This document shows, piece by piece, positions 38,772 through 47,766 of a stretch of DNA of 64,000 nucleotides. The position numbers and the translations under genes are program-made. How positions within the stretch are numbered: the stretch's first letter is position 1; every line of letters starts with the position of its first letter. The notes beneath the pieces were generated by a model, which was given only the letters and a program-made list of their open reading frames with translations, had not been told where the DNA came from and made no database searches. Source of the DNA: Acaryochloridaceae cyanobacterium VAR_48_metabat_390 (lineage in GTDB: Bacteria > Cyanobacteriota > Cyanobacteriia > Thermosynechococcales > Thermosynechococcaceae); NCBI GenBank assembly GCA_031422435.1, contig JANPLU010000033.1:12686-76685 (forward strand). The letters run 5' to 3'.

Positions 38772-39595
38772 GCAAACTTTTTATCAGCAAACCTTGGAAG
38801 CAACTTCTGCCTCCAGTTATTTTCAACCAAAAAGAGCAGTGGGTTCGGCTCAAAGTTATGATTAACCAAATTATTCAGCAACTTGCACCGCCCATCTTGC
38901 TGGATATTGCCGAAGCTGCTTCAGGCTTTACGCAAAAAAAAAGCCGCACCCATCCTGTTCTAGCTCAGGTTGACTATAACCCTTCTACCCAGCAACTAGA
39001 AGTCTACTGGAATCCCAAAATGGCTCAGTCTCTAGAGACCTGGGGAGAGGGGACAACTTGGTCTGAGCTTGAGTATTTCATGGTCAACTGCCATGGTAAA
39101 GTCCTTGATATTGCCTGCGGGACGGGCAAAACCATTGAAATCCTCTCCCGACATCACAATATTGAAGTCTATGGCTGCGACATTTCTGATTTTCTGATTC
39201 AAAAGGCGATTGATCGAGGTATTGAACCGCATCTGCTAAAGGTGTGTGATGCAACTGCAACGGACTACAGCGACAACTTTTTTGACTATGCCTACTCTAT
39301 TGGTTCCCTAGAACATTTTACGGAAGATGGCATCCTCAATTTTTTACAAGAGTCGCAGCGAATTACAAAATATGCGTCCTTCCATATGGTGCCCATCTCT
39401 CGTTTAGAGCAGCAGGAAGGGTGGCTTAATAAATTTCAGAGTTATTACAACAACTCCACAGACTGGTGGCTGACAAAATTTAGAGCATCCTACGATACCG
39501 TCATTGTTCTTGATTCTTCCTGGCAGGATAGAGTCTCTATCGGGAAATGGTTTGTCTGCATCAAAGACTTTAGCCTCCGAACAACCGATATCTAG
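38768..39595 (+). CDS. class I SAM-dependent methyltransferase
   Basis: VLDIACGTG, GCDIS, FDYAYSIGSLEHF; start may be 38858. Confidence 0.85.
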   Translation: MSKLFISKPWKQLLPPVIFNQKEQWVRLKVMINQIIQQLAPPILLDIAEAASGFTQKKSRTHPVLAQVDYNPSTQQLEVYWNPKMAQSLETWGEGTTWSELEYFMVNCHGKVLDIACGTGKTIEILSRHHNIEVYGCDISDFLIQKAIDRGIEPHLLKVCDATATDYSDNFFDYAYSIGSLEHFTEDGILNFLQESQRITKYASFHMVPISRLEQQEGWLNKFQSYYNNSTDWWLTKFRASYDTVIVLDSSWQDRVSIGKWFVCIKDFSLRTTDI

Positions 39596-39606
39596 CGTTT
39601 TAATTA

Positions 39607-39900
39607 CACGTGAGTTCGGCGGAAAAGGTAGGCTGATACCTTAAGCTCAAAGTATTAACATTTAGCGTGAGTTTGACACTAAGAAATAGCTTGGGGTAGT
39701 GCAGTTAGCCCTTTATCATTGAGGTCTAACGCAGGCTCCTTAGGATGATAGAAATAGGCGATCGCTCCTGCCAATAGATTCACCAAAAAGTTGAACCAAA
39801 TTGAACCGACTGCGATGGCGTTAAGAGTCAACCTGCCCAATATTTTTGAGTTAGGCATTGACCGATTCAATAAATGGCTCGCTTATGCAGCAGGATCTTT
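39607..39900 (-). pseudogene. IS982-family transposase 3' remnant with terminal-repeat-like ends
   Basis: Broken frames read KILLHKRA/IESVN.*LKN..Q..RHRS/FNFLVNLLAG..AY..PK.PAL; IR-like ACGTGAGTTCGGC (39607) and GCGTGAGTTTGAC (39666). Confidence 0.75.
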
Positions 39901-39953
39901 CCTAAGCCGTTAGAGCAAAAATGCTCGCAGATCAAACTGCGATCACTACATCT

Positions 39954-40700
39954 CTAGATGCAGTCAGGATCTTCCCCCAATTCTCGCAGTCGAGCGGCTA
40001 AACGTTCCGCACGTTGAGCCTCTACCTCAGCACGTTGAGCTTCTACCTCAGCGCGTTGCTGTGCGGCCTCTTCCGGTAACGGCACTAATGCACCACTCTT
40101 GTCATAAAACCGCAGCCAGGTTAGCGTCTCTCGGTCAATGGTACCTGTCCAAGTCCCTAACCATAGCCCCAGGGTTTTACACCACAGCCAGCCCCGCTCA
40201 TCAGGGCTAATAGTCTGATAGGTGTCGCCACGATGCCAACCCTGTAAAGATTCTGCATCAAAGGGGTTGTAGACAAAATAATCTTGGGTCTTAAACACGC
40301 GGTCATAGAGCTGTTTTTTGAGTCCTAAATCTACCTTGGCAGTACTTGGAGACATCAACTCAATAATGACATCAGGGTAGCGACCTTCTTCTTCCCAAAC
40401 CACCCAGCCTTGGCGAGAGCGAGTCCCTTCAACATCCAGCACCACAAAAAAGTCTGGCCCTCTAAAATCTTGATTTTTGGCCTGGGTGCTGCTGTAGTAA
40501 ACAAACATATTGCCGCCGACGTAATAGTCGGTTTGTTCAGCGCGGTACTGCTGATAAGAGCGAATCAGCACATTCATCGCCACGCGGTGTTGGTTGGTTT
40601 CCAAGGGTATTCCGTCGTCAAAAATTAAGTCCGTGGGCGGCTGTGGCGGAGTCCAATCTTCTGCTTCGGGGGTGGTCTGAGGTGGAAGAGTATTGACCAT
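39954..40700 (-). CDS. Uma2 (DUF820) family endonuclease-like protein
   Basis: PLETNQH, FRGPDFFVV, PDVIIELMSPST, C-terminal AQRAE repeats. Confidence 0.88.
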   Translation of the reverse strand: MVNTLPPQTTPEAEDWTPPQPPTDLIFDDGIPLETNQHRVAMNVLIRSYQQYRAEQTDYYVGGNMFVYYSSTQAKNQDFRGPDFFVVLDVEGTRSRQGWVVWEEEGRYPDVIIELMSPSTAKVDLGLKKQLYDRVFKTQDYFVYNPFDAESLQGWHRGDTYQTISPDERGWLWCKTLGLWLGTWTGTIDRETLTWLRFYDKSGALVPLPEEAAQQRAEVEAQRAEVEAQRAERLAARLRELGEDPDCI

Positions 40701-40805
40701 AAAGCTGCCAGCAAAAAGGGCTGTAATTTTATTCTATCGCTACAGCAAAAAGGGCGTTTAGATCAAACTGCCAAAACTGCTACTGTCGCTAGCTTGCAGC
40801 GTTAA

Positions 40806-41654
40806 TTATCCAAACCGTCCTGCAACGTAATCTCTGGTACTGGGCTGCTCTGCTTCTAAGAAGATTTGGGAGGTCGCGCCGAACTCAACAAGCTGACCAA
40901 TGCGATGCTCATCGGTGCTAAAAAATGCGGTGTACTCAGAAACCCGTGAGGCTTGCTGCATGTTGTGGGTCACGATCACAATCGTCACTTTATTTTTTAG
41001 CTCATGAAGTAGCGCCTCAATTTTCATGGTGGCGATCGGGTCAAGAGCAGAGCAAGGTTCATCCATCAGCAACACTTTAGGGTTGACTGCTAGGGCACGG
41101 GCAATGCAAAGGCGCTGCTGCTGTCCACCTGAAAGATCTAGCCCTGATTGGTTGAGATTATCTTTTACCTCATCCCAGAGCGCCGCGCTGCGGAGGGCAG
41201 ACTCAACTGCGTCGTCTAAAAAAGATCGGCTGGGGCGACTGACGGTTTTGATGCCGTAGGCCACGTTGTCGTAGATGCTCATGGCAAAGGGATTGGGCTG
41301 CTGGAAAATCATGCCAACCTGACGGCGGAGCTGGTTAAGATTGGTACCCTTTGCATAAATATTTTTGCCCAGCAGCTCCACTCTGCCCTGAATGCGGAGA
41401 TCGCTCTCCATTTCGCCAATGCGATTGAGGGTTTTAAGAAATGTGGATTTACCGCACCCAGAAGGGCCGATAATGGCGGTGACGTGTTTTTCGTAAATGT
41501 TTATGTACACGCCCTCGACCGCCTTATGACGACCATAAAAACAGCTTAAGTCCTGGACGTGCATAACCGGAATGGGTGACGGCTCCCCTTCATTAGGAGC
41601 TGTACTAGTTGGTGTTAAAGGGTTGGAGGGAAGAGGGCTTGAAGAAGAGAACAT
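40806..41654 (-). CDS. pstB: phosphate ABC transporter ATPase
   Basis: [40 protein letters not shown]. Confidence 0.96.
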   Translation of the reverse strand: MFSSSSPLPSNPLTPTSTAPNEGEPSPIPVMHVQDLSCFYGRHKAVEGVYINIYEKHVTAIIGPSGCGKSTFLKTLNRIGEMESDLRIQGRVELLGKNIYAKGTNLNQLRRQVGMIFQQPNPFAMSIYDNVAYGIKTVSRPSRSFLDDAVESALRSAALWDEVKDNLNQSGLDLSGGQQQRLCIARALAVNPKVLLMDEPCSALDPIATMKIEALLHELKNKVTIVIVTHNMQQASRVSEYTAFFSTDEHRIGQLVEFGATSQIFLEAEQPSTRDYVAGRFG

Positions 41655-41659
41655 AAGAA

Positions 41660-42526
41660 TTAGCGGGTTGTCTGACGGTTACGTGTGACCCACCGAGCCA
41701 AGAGATTGGTGAACACTACAATGCCCACTAACATGACAGCGGCAGCCCAGGCTAAGTTATTTTGATCGACAAAGGGCGAACTTGCATAGTTGTAAATCAG
41801 CACGGATAGAGACGCGCTAGGACCCAGCAATCCTTCTAGCCAGTTTTGGCTGAAGAGTGCGGTAAAAATGAGCGGTGCGGTTTCGCCTGCAGCCCGTGCG
41901 ATCGCCAGCAAACTACTGGTCAAAATACCAGGAAACGCCCGTGCCAGCACAATGCGAAGGGTGGTGCGCCCATAGCCAGCGCCTAATGCGGCAGAGGCTA
42001 AGCGCTGGGCATTGGGCACCAGCTTGAGCGATTCTTCCGTGGCTAGGGTGACAATGGGCAACATAATGACCGAGAGCGCAAACCCACCCGCCAGTGCCGA
42101 AAATCCCTTGAGGGGCAGCACCAGAACTCCGTAGGCAAACACCCCCACTACAATAGAGGGCGCGGCGCTGAGAATTGTAACCAGCATTCGCACGGCGTTA
42201 GCGAAGGTTGAGTTTTTGCCAAATTCCGAGAGATAAATCGCGGTTAAGATGCCCAAGGGCAGGCTTAGACCTGCGGCGATCGCCACCATCACCCCAGTCC
42301 CAATAATGGCATTGGCAAACCCACTGGGGACATCTTTCATACCTGCGGGGGCGGGTAGCTGGGTAAAGACATCTGCCGTAAGGTGAGGCACTCCTTTACT
42401 CAAAATCGCCCCCAGCATCGCCAATAGCGGAATCAGCGCCAGCGCACTCAGCGCAAATGCCGTGACGCTCATGGCGACATTAAATAGCTTTTTTGAAGGG
42501 GGCAGCGGCGCGAACAGGTCAGACAC
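41660..42526 (-). CDS. pstA: phosphate ABC transporter permease
   Basis: PSIVVGVF, ARAAGETAPL. Confidence 0.95.
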   Translation of the reverse strand: MSDLFAPLPPSKKLFNVAMSVTAFALSALALIPLLAMLGAILSKGVPHLTADVFTQLPAPAGMKDVPSGFANAIIGTGVMVAIAAGLSLPLGILTAIYLSEFGKNSTFANAVRMLVTILSAAPSIVVGVFAYGVLVLPLKGFSALAGGFALSVIMLPIVTLATEESLKLVPNAQRLASAALGAGYGRTTLRIVLARAFPGILTSSLLAIARAAGETAPLIFTALFSQNWLEGLLGPSASLSVLIYNYASSPFVDQNNLAWAAAVMLVGIVVFTNLLARWVTRNRQTTR

Positions 42527-42551
42527 AGAAACAATCCTAGGCGTAAGTCAA

Positions 42552-43526
42552 CTAAGCATTTCGGGTTAAAGTGCGAACTAAAACCGCTGCGATCGCATTG
42601 ACCGCCAGCGTCACCAAAAACAGCATGAGCGCAAGGTACATGAGTGCGCCAATATGGAGCGGGTCAGAGGCTTCTCCAAACTGATTGGCAAGCAAGGCCG
42701 GAATAGAGTTACCAGGGTTGAGTAAGGAGGTACTAATCTCATTGACGTTGCCAATTACCATCGTGACCGCCATCGTTTCGCCCAATGCCCGACCCAGGGC
42801 AAGACTTGCAGCTCCAAAAATGCCCGAGGCGGCGGCGGGTAGGGTAATAAACATAATGCTCTCCCATTGGGTTGCGCCGAGGGCAAAGGCACCATTGCGA
42901 AGATCTTGGGAGATGGCGAGAAACACTTCCCGACTGATGGCGGCGATTGTCGGCACTATCATGATGGCTAAAACCACCCCTGCCATCAACATGCTGGGGC
43001 CAAAAGGCTGAGTGTTAAAGATGGGAATCCACTTAAAATGGCTGTATAGAAATTGTTGAAATGGCTCTAAGGCCGGAATTAAAATAAACCGTCCCCATAA
43101 CCCCACAATCACGCTAGGTATGGCGGCAATTAGCTCAACCAAAAATGCAATGGGCGTTTGCAGCCCTTCTGGCAAGACTTTCTCGCTGGTGATAATAGCA
43201 ACGGCAACGCCGATGGGGAGTGCGAGGAAAAGGGCGATCGCAGAGCTAACCAAGGTGCCGTAAATGTAGGGAAGTGCCCCAAATAGGGATTGGTCAATGT
43301 TCCATTCTTGCGTCCATAGAAAGGCAAGGCCAAACTTGGCGATCGCAGGGCGTGCGTCCTTAAAAATCAGCACGCACATCCAAAATGGGATGGATGCGGT
43401 GAGCAGTGCCGCCAAAAACGAAATGCCCCGAAATCCACCATCCCCAAATTGGCTCACCCAGGACTCCGTAGGCACTGGAGAGCGTTGAGGCAGGTTAGAC
43501 TGAGTAGGCTCCAAGGCTTCTGTCAT
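42552..43526 (-). CDS. pstC: phosphate ABC transporter permease
   Basis: ELIAAIPSV, GRALGETMAV; start set at MTEALE. Confidence 0.95.
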   Translation of the reverse strand: MTEALEPTQSNLPQRSPVPTESWVSQFGDGGFRGISFLAALLTASIPFWMCVLIFKDARPAIAKFGLAFLWTQEWNIDQSLFGALPYIYGTLVSSAIALFLALPIGVAVAIITSEKVLPEGLQTPIAFLVELIAAIPSVIVGLWGRFILIPALEPFQQFLYSHFKWIPIFNTQPFGPSMLMAGVVLAIMIVPTIAAISREVFLAISQDLRNGAFALGATQWESIMFITLPAAASGIFGAASLALGRALGETMAVTMVIGNVNEISTSLLNPGNSIPALLANQFGEASDPLHIGALMYLALMLFLVTLAVNAIAAVLVRTLTRNA

Positions 43527-43560
43527 TTGAGTTAAGCGGCTTCTGAAAAAATATAACGCA

Positions 43561-43592
43561 CGGTAGGGACGCAATACATTGCGTCCCTACCG
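43561..43592. repeat. GTAG-type REP palindrome between pstS and pstC
   Basis: CGGTAGGGACGCAAT-AC-ATTGCGTCCCTACCG, perfect 15-bp stem. Confidence 0.8.
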
Positions 43593-43616
43593 ATAGGCTT
43601 GGCTAAAAATCAGTTT

Positions 43617-44666
43617 TTACTGAGCTTTAACGCTTGCTTCAAGTTGCTGAAGCACTCTTTGAATCACAGGCTCAGGAACAACTCCGTAATCCAGGGTAGG
43701 GTTGATCTTCTGTCCATCGCTCAGCACCCACTTAATCCACTGCTTAACCGCAGGCAGCTTATCAGCTTCGTATGTTTTGTAGACCAACATCCAAGTCATG
43801 CCCACAATAGGATAGCCCGATGCTGGATTTCCTTCAAAAACCCGAAAATTAGCCGGAAACTTGATGTTGGCTAACGCTTCGTTAGTCGTTTGAAGCGAAG
43901 GCGTTACAAATTCACCTTTTTTGTTCTGAACAGCAGCAAAGGTCATGTTATTTTGCTTCGCTGAAGCCAGCTCCACATACCCCATAGAATTGGGGGTTTG
44001 TAGAACGGTAGCGGCAACGCCTGCATTACCTTTACCGGTCAAAGGGTTAGCAGCCCACTTGGGTGCAGTGCTAACGCCGATTTTTCCACGAAAGAAGGAG
44101 CTTGCGGCGCTGACGGCATTGGTAAACACAAACGTTGTACCACTACCATCTGCACGAACCACTAATTTAATAGCCTGATCCGGCAGGTTTACGCCAGGGT
44201 TTGTTTTAGCAATGGCTGGGTCATTCCACTTTGTGATTTTTCCACCGAAGATTTCGCCAACAGCGGCCTGAGTGAGCTTTAAGCCAGCAGGAACCCCAGG
44301 GGCATTATAGGCAACGGTTACAGCACCAGCCGCTGTAGGCACCAGCAAGGTACCGCGATTCCGATCAACCTTTTCCATCTGTTCATCGGTCATGGCAGAA
44401 TCACTTGCGCCAAAGTCAACCGAACCCGCTTGAAATTGCTTTACACCACCGCCACTGCCGATTGCCTGATAGTTGACAGTAGTATCGGGATTTTTGCTCT
44501 TGAACTCACGAACATAGCGCTCATACAGCGGAGCAGGAAAGGTCGCTCCAGCGCCATTGAGGGTTACAGCTTGGGCGATCGCCGCAAACAAAGGAGTAAC
44601 CGAGACTGCAAGTGTTACAACAGAAACAGTAAAAGCACGACGTGCAGTTATGGCGTTAAGACCCAT
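43617..44666 (-). CDS. pstS: phosphate-binding protein
   Basis: GAGATFPAPLY, YQAIGSGGG, DFGASD, RADGSGTT, YPI; GGAG RBS before ATG 44666. Confidence 0.96.
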   Translation of the reverse strand: MGLNAITARRAFTVSVVTLAVSVTPLFAAIAQAVTLNGAGATFPAPLYERYVREFKSKNPDTTVNYQAIGSGGGVKQFQAGSVDFGASDSAMTDEQMEKVDRNRGTLLVPTAAGAVTVAYNAPGVPAGLKLTQAAVGEIFGGKITKWNDPAIAKTNPGVNLPDQAIKLVVRADGSGTTFVFTNAVSAASSFFRGKIGVSTAPKWAANPLTGKGNAGVAATVLQTPNSMGYVELASAKQNNMTFAAVQNKKGEFVTPSLQTTNEALANIKFPANFRVFEGNPASGYPIVGMTWMLVYKTYEADKLPAVKQWIKWVLSDGQKINPTLDYGVVPEPVIQRVLQQLEASVKAQ

Positions 44667-44733
44667 TACGTTCTCCAATCTAAAGATAGTCAAAATGCTT
44701 GTTTAGATACCCCACAATATTCATATAGAAAAA

Positions 44734-44785
44734 TGGTTAACCTTAGATAAAGAAAACAATAAATTCAGTTTAAGATTAGGTTTAT
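44734..44785 (-). promoter_or_regulatory. Pho box (SphR/PhoB)
   Basis: Minus-strand 8-mers at exact 11-bp period: ATAAACCT, CTTAAACT, TTTATTGT, CTTTATCT, GTTAACCA; consensus PyTTAAPyPy(T/A). Confidence 0.8.
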
Positions 44786-45000
44786 TTTCAGTATTTTTAA
44801 ACTTTAGAATTTAGCTTAGAGATATCATTCACCAGGGTGCTGTGACAAACTAAAATCTTGGTATGGTTGTTTTTTATAGAAGCTTAATTACTACTAAAGG
44901 TCTGTGCCGAGTAGTCAGTCTTAAAGAAATATAGGGTGCTATAAAGTATCAAGACAGCGATTCAGTTAAATATTTTTTCGTTATTTTCTTGCTTGAAACT

Positions 45001-46095
45001 ATGGCTCGTACGCTGTCTCTTCCAAAATTCTTAACGTTCAAAAACATCAGCTTTCCGCCTGCGCTTCGTCCCTTCATGAAGCCGATGTTGCTGGCTTCTA
45101 TTGGTATTCATGCGTTTGTTTTGCTCGTGCCACTTCCAGAGCCACCACCCAAGGTCGTTGCACCCAAACCCAAGACCGTTAAAGTGAGTGCGCTGCCAAC
45201 CCTCAAGATGCCTAAGCGGGTTATTAAGCGCTCAATTATCAGAAAATCAGCCTTGGCAGTCATTCCCCCCAAGGGATTAGTGGTGCGTGGCTTAGTCAAA
45301 AAAACCGAAGCCCCAGCACCTGGAGAAAGATCGCCCCGCGACGTGCCGCCTCAGAAACCCTTATTAACGGCAGACAAACAGGGTTCTAGCAGCAGCAGTG
45401 ACCCTATGAGCGATTTCCCTAACTTCCCCAATGCGATCCCTGGCTGTTCCGGACTTCCCTCTTGCTTTGATACCCAAAAGCCCTTAAGTGACGTGACTCA
45501 GTTTTTTGAAAAGCAGTTACCCCTCAAAAAGTTTTCTATTAAGCCAACTATTACGGAAGCCAGTCGAAAGGTTTATCAAATTGAGAAGCAGGGTACTAGT
45601 CAGTATCTAAATGTTTTAGTGGACGGCAGCACTACCGTTTATGTCCTTGCACCCAATCCGTTAGCACTCGCAGATTTAAAAAATGCCGTCCAGGTTCCAG
45701 AAGATTTCACAAAGAGTATCTTAGGTCAACTTCCAACCGCCAGTAACGGAAATGAAGCTAGCGTTACGCCTGATCAACTGACGACCCCTACAGCGATCTT
45801 CACAGACTTAGGCGGTGAAGATCCCCAAGGGTTTGAAACCAACCCCACGGCAAATTCTGAAATTGATAGCCTTAAGCTGGTGGCAGACCAAACCCCTGAC
45901 CAGCTTTTTTCAAGCTATTTCAGCTCCAGCCTAGAGCAGCTCGACTACAAAGCGACGCCCATTGCCGCAGGTTATGGGGGCGGGCTACTGTACGAAATCA
46001 AAAAAGGAACGGCTAAACCTTTTTATCTCAATCTGGTTCCCACAAAATCTGGGAGTGGAACCGTCGTGGCGGTGTGGCTGAGCAATCCATCTTGA
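45001..46095 (+). CDS. hypothetical membrane-anchored protein with TonB/TolA-like N-terminus
   Basis: LLASIGIHAFVLLVP anchor (SxxxH), Pro/Lys-rich linker, two similar C-terminal modules. Confidence 0.65.
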   Translation: MARTLSLPKFLTFKNISFPPALRPFMKPMLLASIGIHAFVLLVPLPEPPPKVVAPKPKTVKVSALPTLKMPKRVIKRSIIRKSALAVIPPKGLVVRGLVKKTEAPAPGERSPRDVPPQKPLLTADKQGSSSSSDPMSDFPNFPNAIPGCSGLPSCFDTQKPLSDVTQFFEKQLPLKKFSIKPTITEASRKVYQIEKQGTSQYLNVLVDGSTTVYVLAPNPLALADLKNAVQVPEDFTKSILGQLPTASNGNEASVTPDQLTTPTAIFTDLGGEDPQGFETNPTANSEIDSLKLVADQTPDQLFSSYFSSSLEQLDYKATPIAAGYGGGLLYEIKKGTAKPFYLNLVPTKSGSGTVVAVWLSNPS

Positions 46096-46159
46096 GCCTT
46101 ATCCATTTTTCTTCCTGCACTTTCATGCAGAATGGATAGGCACCTCTTCTTCCATTGGC

Positions 46160-47416
46160 ATGACTCAATCTCCGCCAGCCCAATCAACAGCCAATATTGA
46201 TGACACTTCATTGCGGTGTTGCATTGCTGCTCGTATTGCTGAAACGCCTCAGCAGCGGGTTACGTTTTCAACCTTCATGGAGTGGGTATTGTACGAGCCA
46301 AAGCTAGGCTACTATACAGCTCAGCGCCAAAAAATTGGAGCGGGAGGAGATTTTGTAACGTCTCCTCATTTGGGCGCAGACTTTGGTGAACTGCTGGCAG
46401 AGCAGTTTCTAGATTTATGGGTTTCTTTAGAGCGCCCTAGTGTTTTTCAGGTTGTTGAAATGGGGGCAGGTCAGGGGCTGATTGCCGCTGATGTGCTGGG
46501 CTATTTGTGCGATCGCAGCACACCAACTTCCCACCTATCCTCTAACCCAGACTACGCCGCCTTCTGGGATGCCTTGGAATACATCATCATTGAGAAAGCG
46601 TCTGTTTTAATTGCTGAGCAGCAGCATAAACTCAAAGCCTTCGCAGCAGACCATACAGTCACCTGGAAAACTTGGGCAGACATCCCCAGCCAGAGCATTA
46701 CAGGCTGCTTTTTTTCTAACGAGCTAGTGGATGCATTTCCAGTGCATCGTATTAAAATCCAGGCGGGGCGGTTACAAGAAGTTTTTGTGACAGCAGACGT
46801 TATGGGCGCTGCTTCAGATCGAATCCAATTTGCAGAGGTTGTTGCCGAGCCTTCCACACCCGCACTTCAGCAGTACCTAGTAGACCTGAACATGGACATA
46901 GCCGCCTACCCTGATGGCTACCGCAGCGAAATCAACTTAGCCGCCTTAGATTGGCTCACCACCGTTTCTCAAAAGCTTTGCCACGGCTACGTTTTAACTA
47001 TTGACTATGGCTACACTGCCGCCCAATACTACAGCCCTCAGCGCCGTCAAGGTACGCTCCAGTGCTACTACCAACAGGCACACCACGAAGACCCTTATTG
47101 GGCAGTGGGGCAGCAAGATATCACCGCCCACGTTAATTTCACGGCGTTAGAACAGCAGGGTAAGACGCTGGGGCTTCAGACTATTTCCTATGTGCAGCAG
47201 GGGCTATTTTTGATGGCGCTAGGTTTGGGCGATCGCCTTAACCTCAACGCAGCTTCAGCCGCCAACTTCATGGACATCCTGCGACAACGAGAAGCACTCC
47301 ATGCGCTCATCAATCCGTTAGGCTTAGGCGGCTTTGGCGTTTTACTTCAGGGCACAGCCAAAACCCCCAGCCTTGAAGAATATCCCTTTAGCGGCATGGG
47401 CACCTTGACCCCTTAA
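46160..47416 (+). CDS. MidA/NDUFAF7-family SAM-dependent methyltransferase
   Basis: GDFVTSP, VEMGAGQG, FSNELVDAFP, IDYG, QDITAHVNF. Confidence 0.9.
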   Translation: MTQSPPAQSTANIDDTSLRCCIAARIAETPQQRVTFSTFMEWVLYEPKLGYYTAQRQKIGAGGDFVTSPHLGADFGELLAEQFLDLWVSLERPSVFQVVEMGAGQGLIAADVLGYLCDRSTPTSHLSSNPDYAAFWDALEYIIIEKASVLIAEQQHKLKAFAADHTVTWKTWADIPSQSITGCFFSNELVDAFPVHRIKIQAGRLQEVFVTADVMGAASDRIQFAEVVAEPSTPALQQYLVDLNMDIAAYPDGYRSEINLAALDWLTTVSQKLCHGYVLTIDYGYTAAQYYSPQRRQGTLQCYYQQAHHEDPYWAVGQQDITAHVNFTALEQQGKTLGLQTISYVQQGLFLMALGLGDRLNLNAASAANFMDILRQREALHALINPLGLGGFGVLLQGTAKTPSLEEYPFSGMGTLTP

Positions 47417-47419
47417 AAC

Positions 47420-47671
47420 TTAGGCTGCGTCTAGCCACTCAGACTCTGGCGATAAATCTTGCCAAGCTTCCGTCACAATTTCACTAAGCCATTGGCGCGT
47501 CATCTGGTCTAACTCAGGGTCATCTGCCAAAACGAGGCGAGTCAAATCATTTAAAGATTGCCCTTCGGCATAGGCACTACTCACCAACCCTGCGATCGTT
47601 GCAGCAATCAGCTCTTCTGTAATTGGGCTTTGGCTACCGCTGCGGGTCTCCAAAGCGCTAGGATGATTCAT
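47420..47671 (-). CDS. small hypothetical protein
   Basis: 83 aa helical ORF with GGGGG RBS-like sequence; resembles conserved cyanobacterial hypotheticals. Confidence 0.65.
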   Translation of the reverse strand: MNHPSALETRSGSQSPITEELIAATIAGLVSSAYAEGQSLNDLTRLVLADDPELDQMTRQWLSEIVTEAWQDLSPESEWLDAA

Positions 47672-47766
47672 TATTCCCCCTGATGTAAAAAGTTTGCGTC
47701 ACATTTCTTAGAACTGCACTCGGCATCTTAACCTATTTTTAACGCTTCCCCTTCGGCGCGAGCAAA

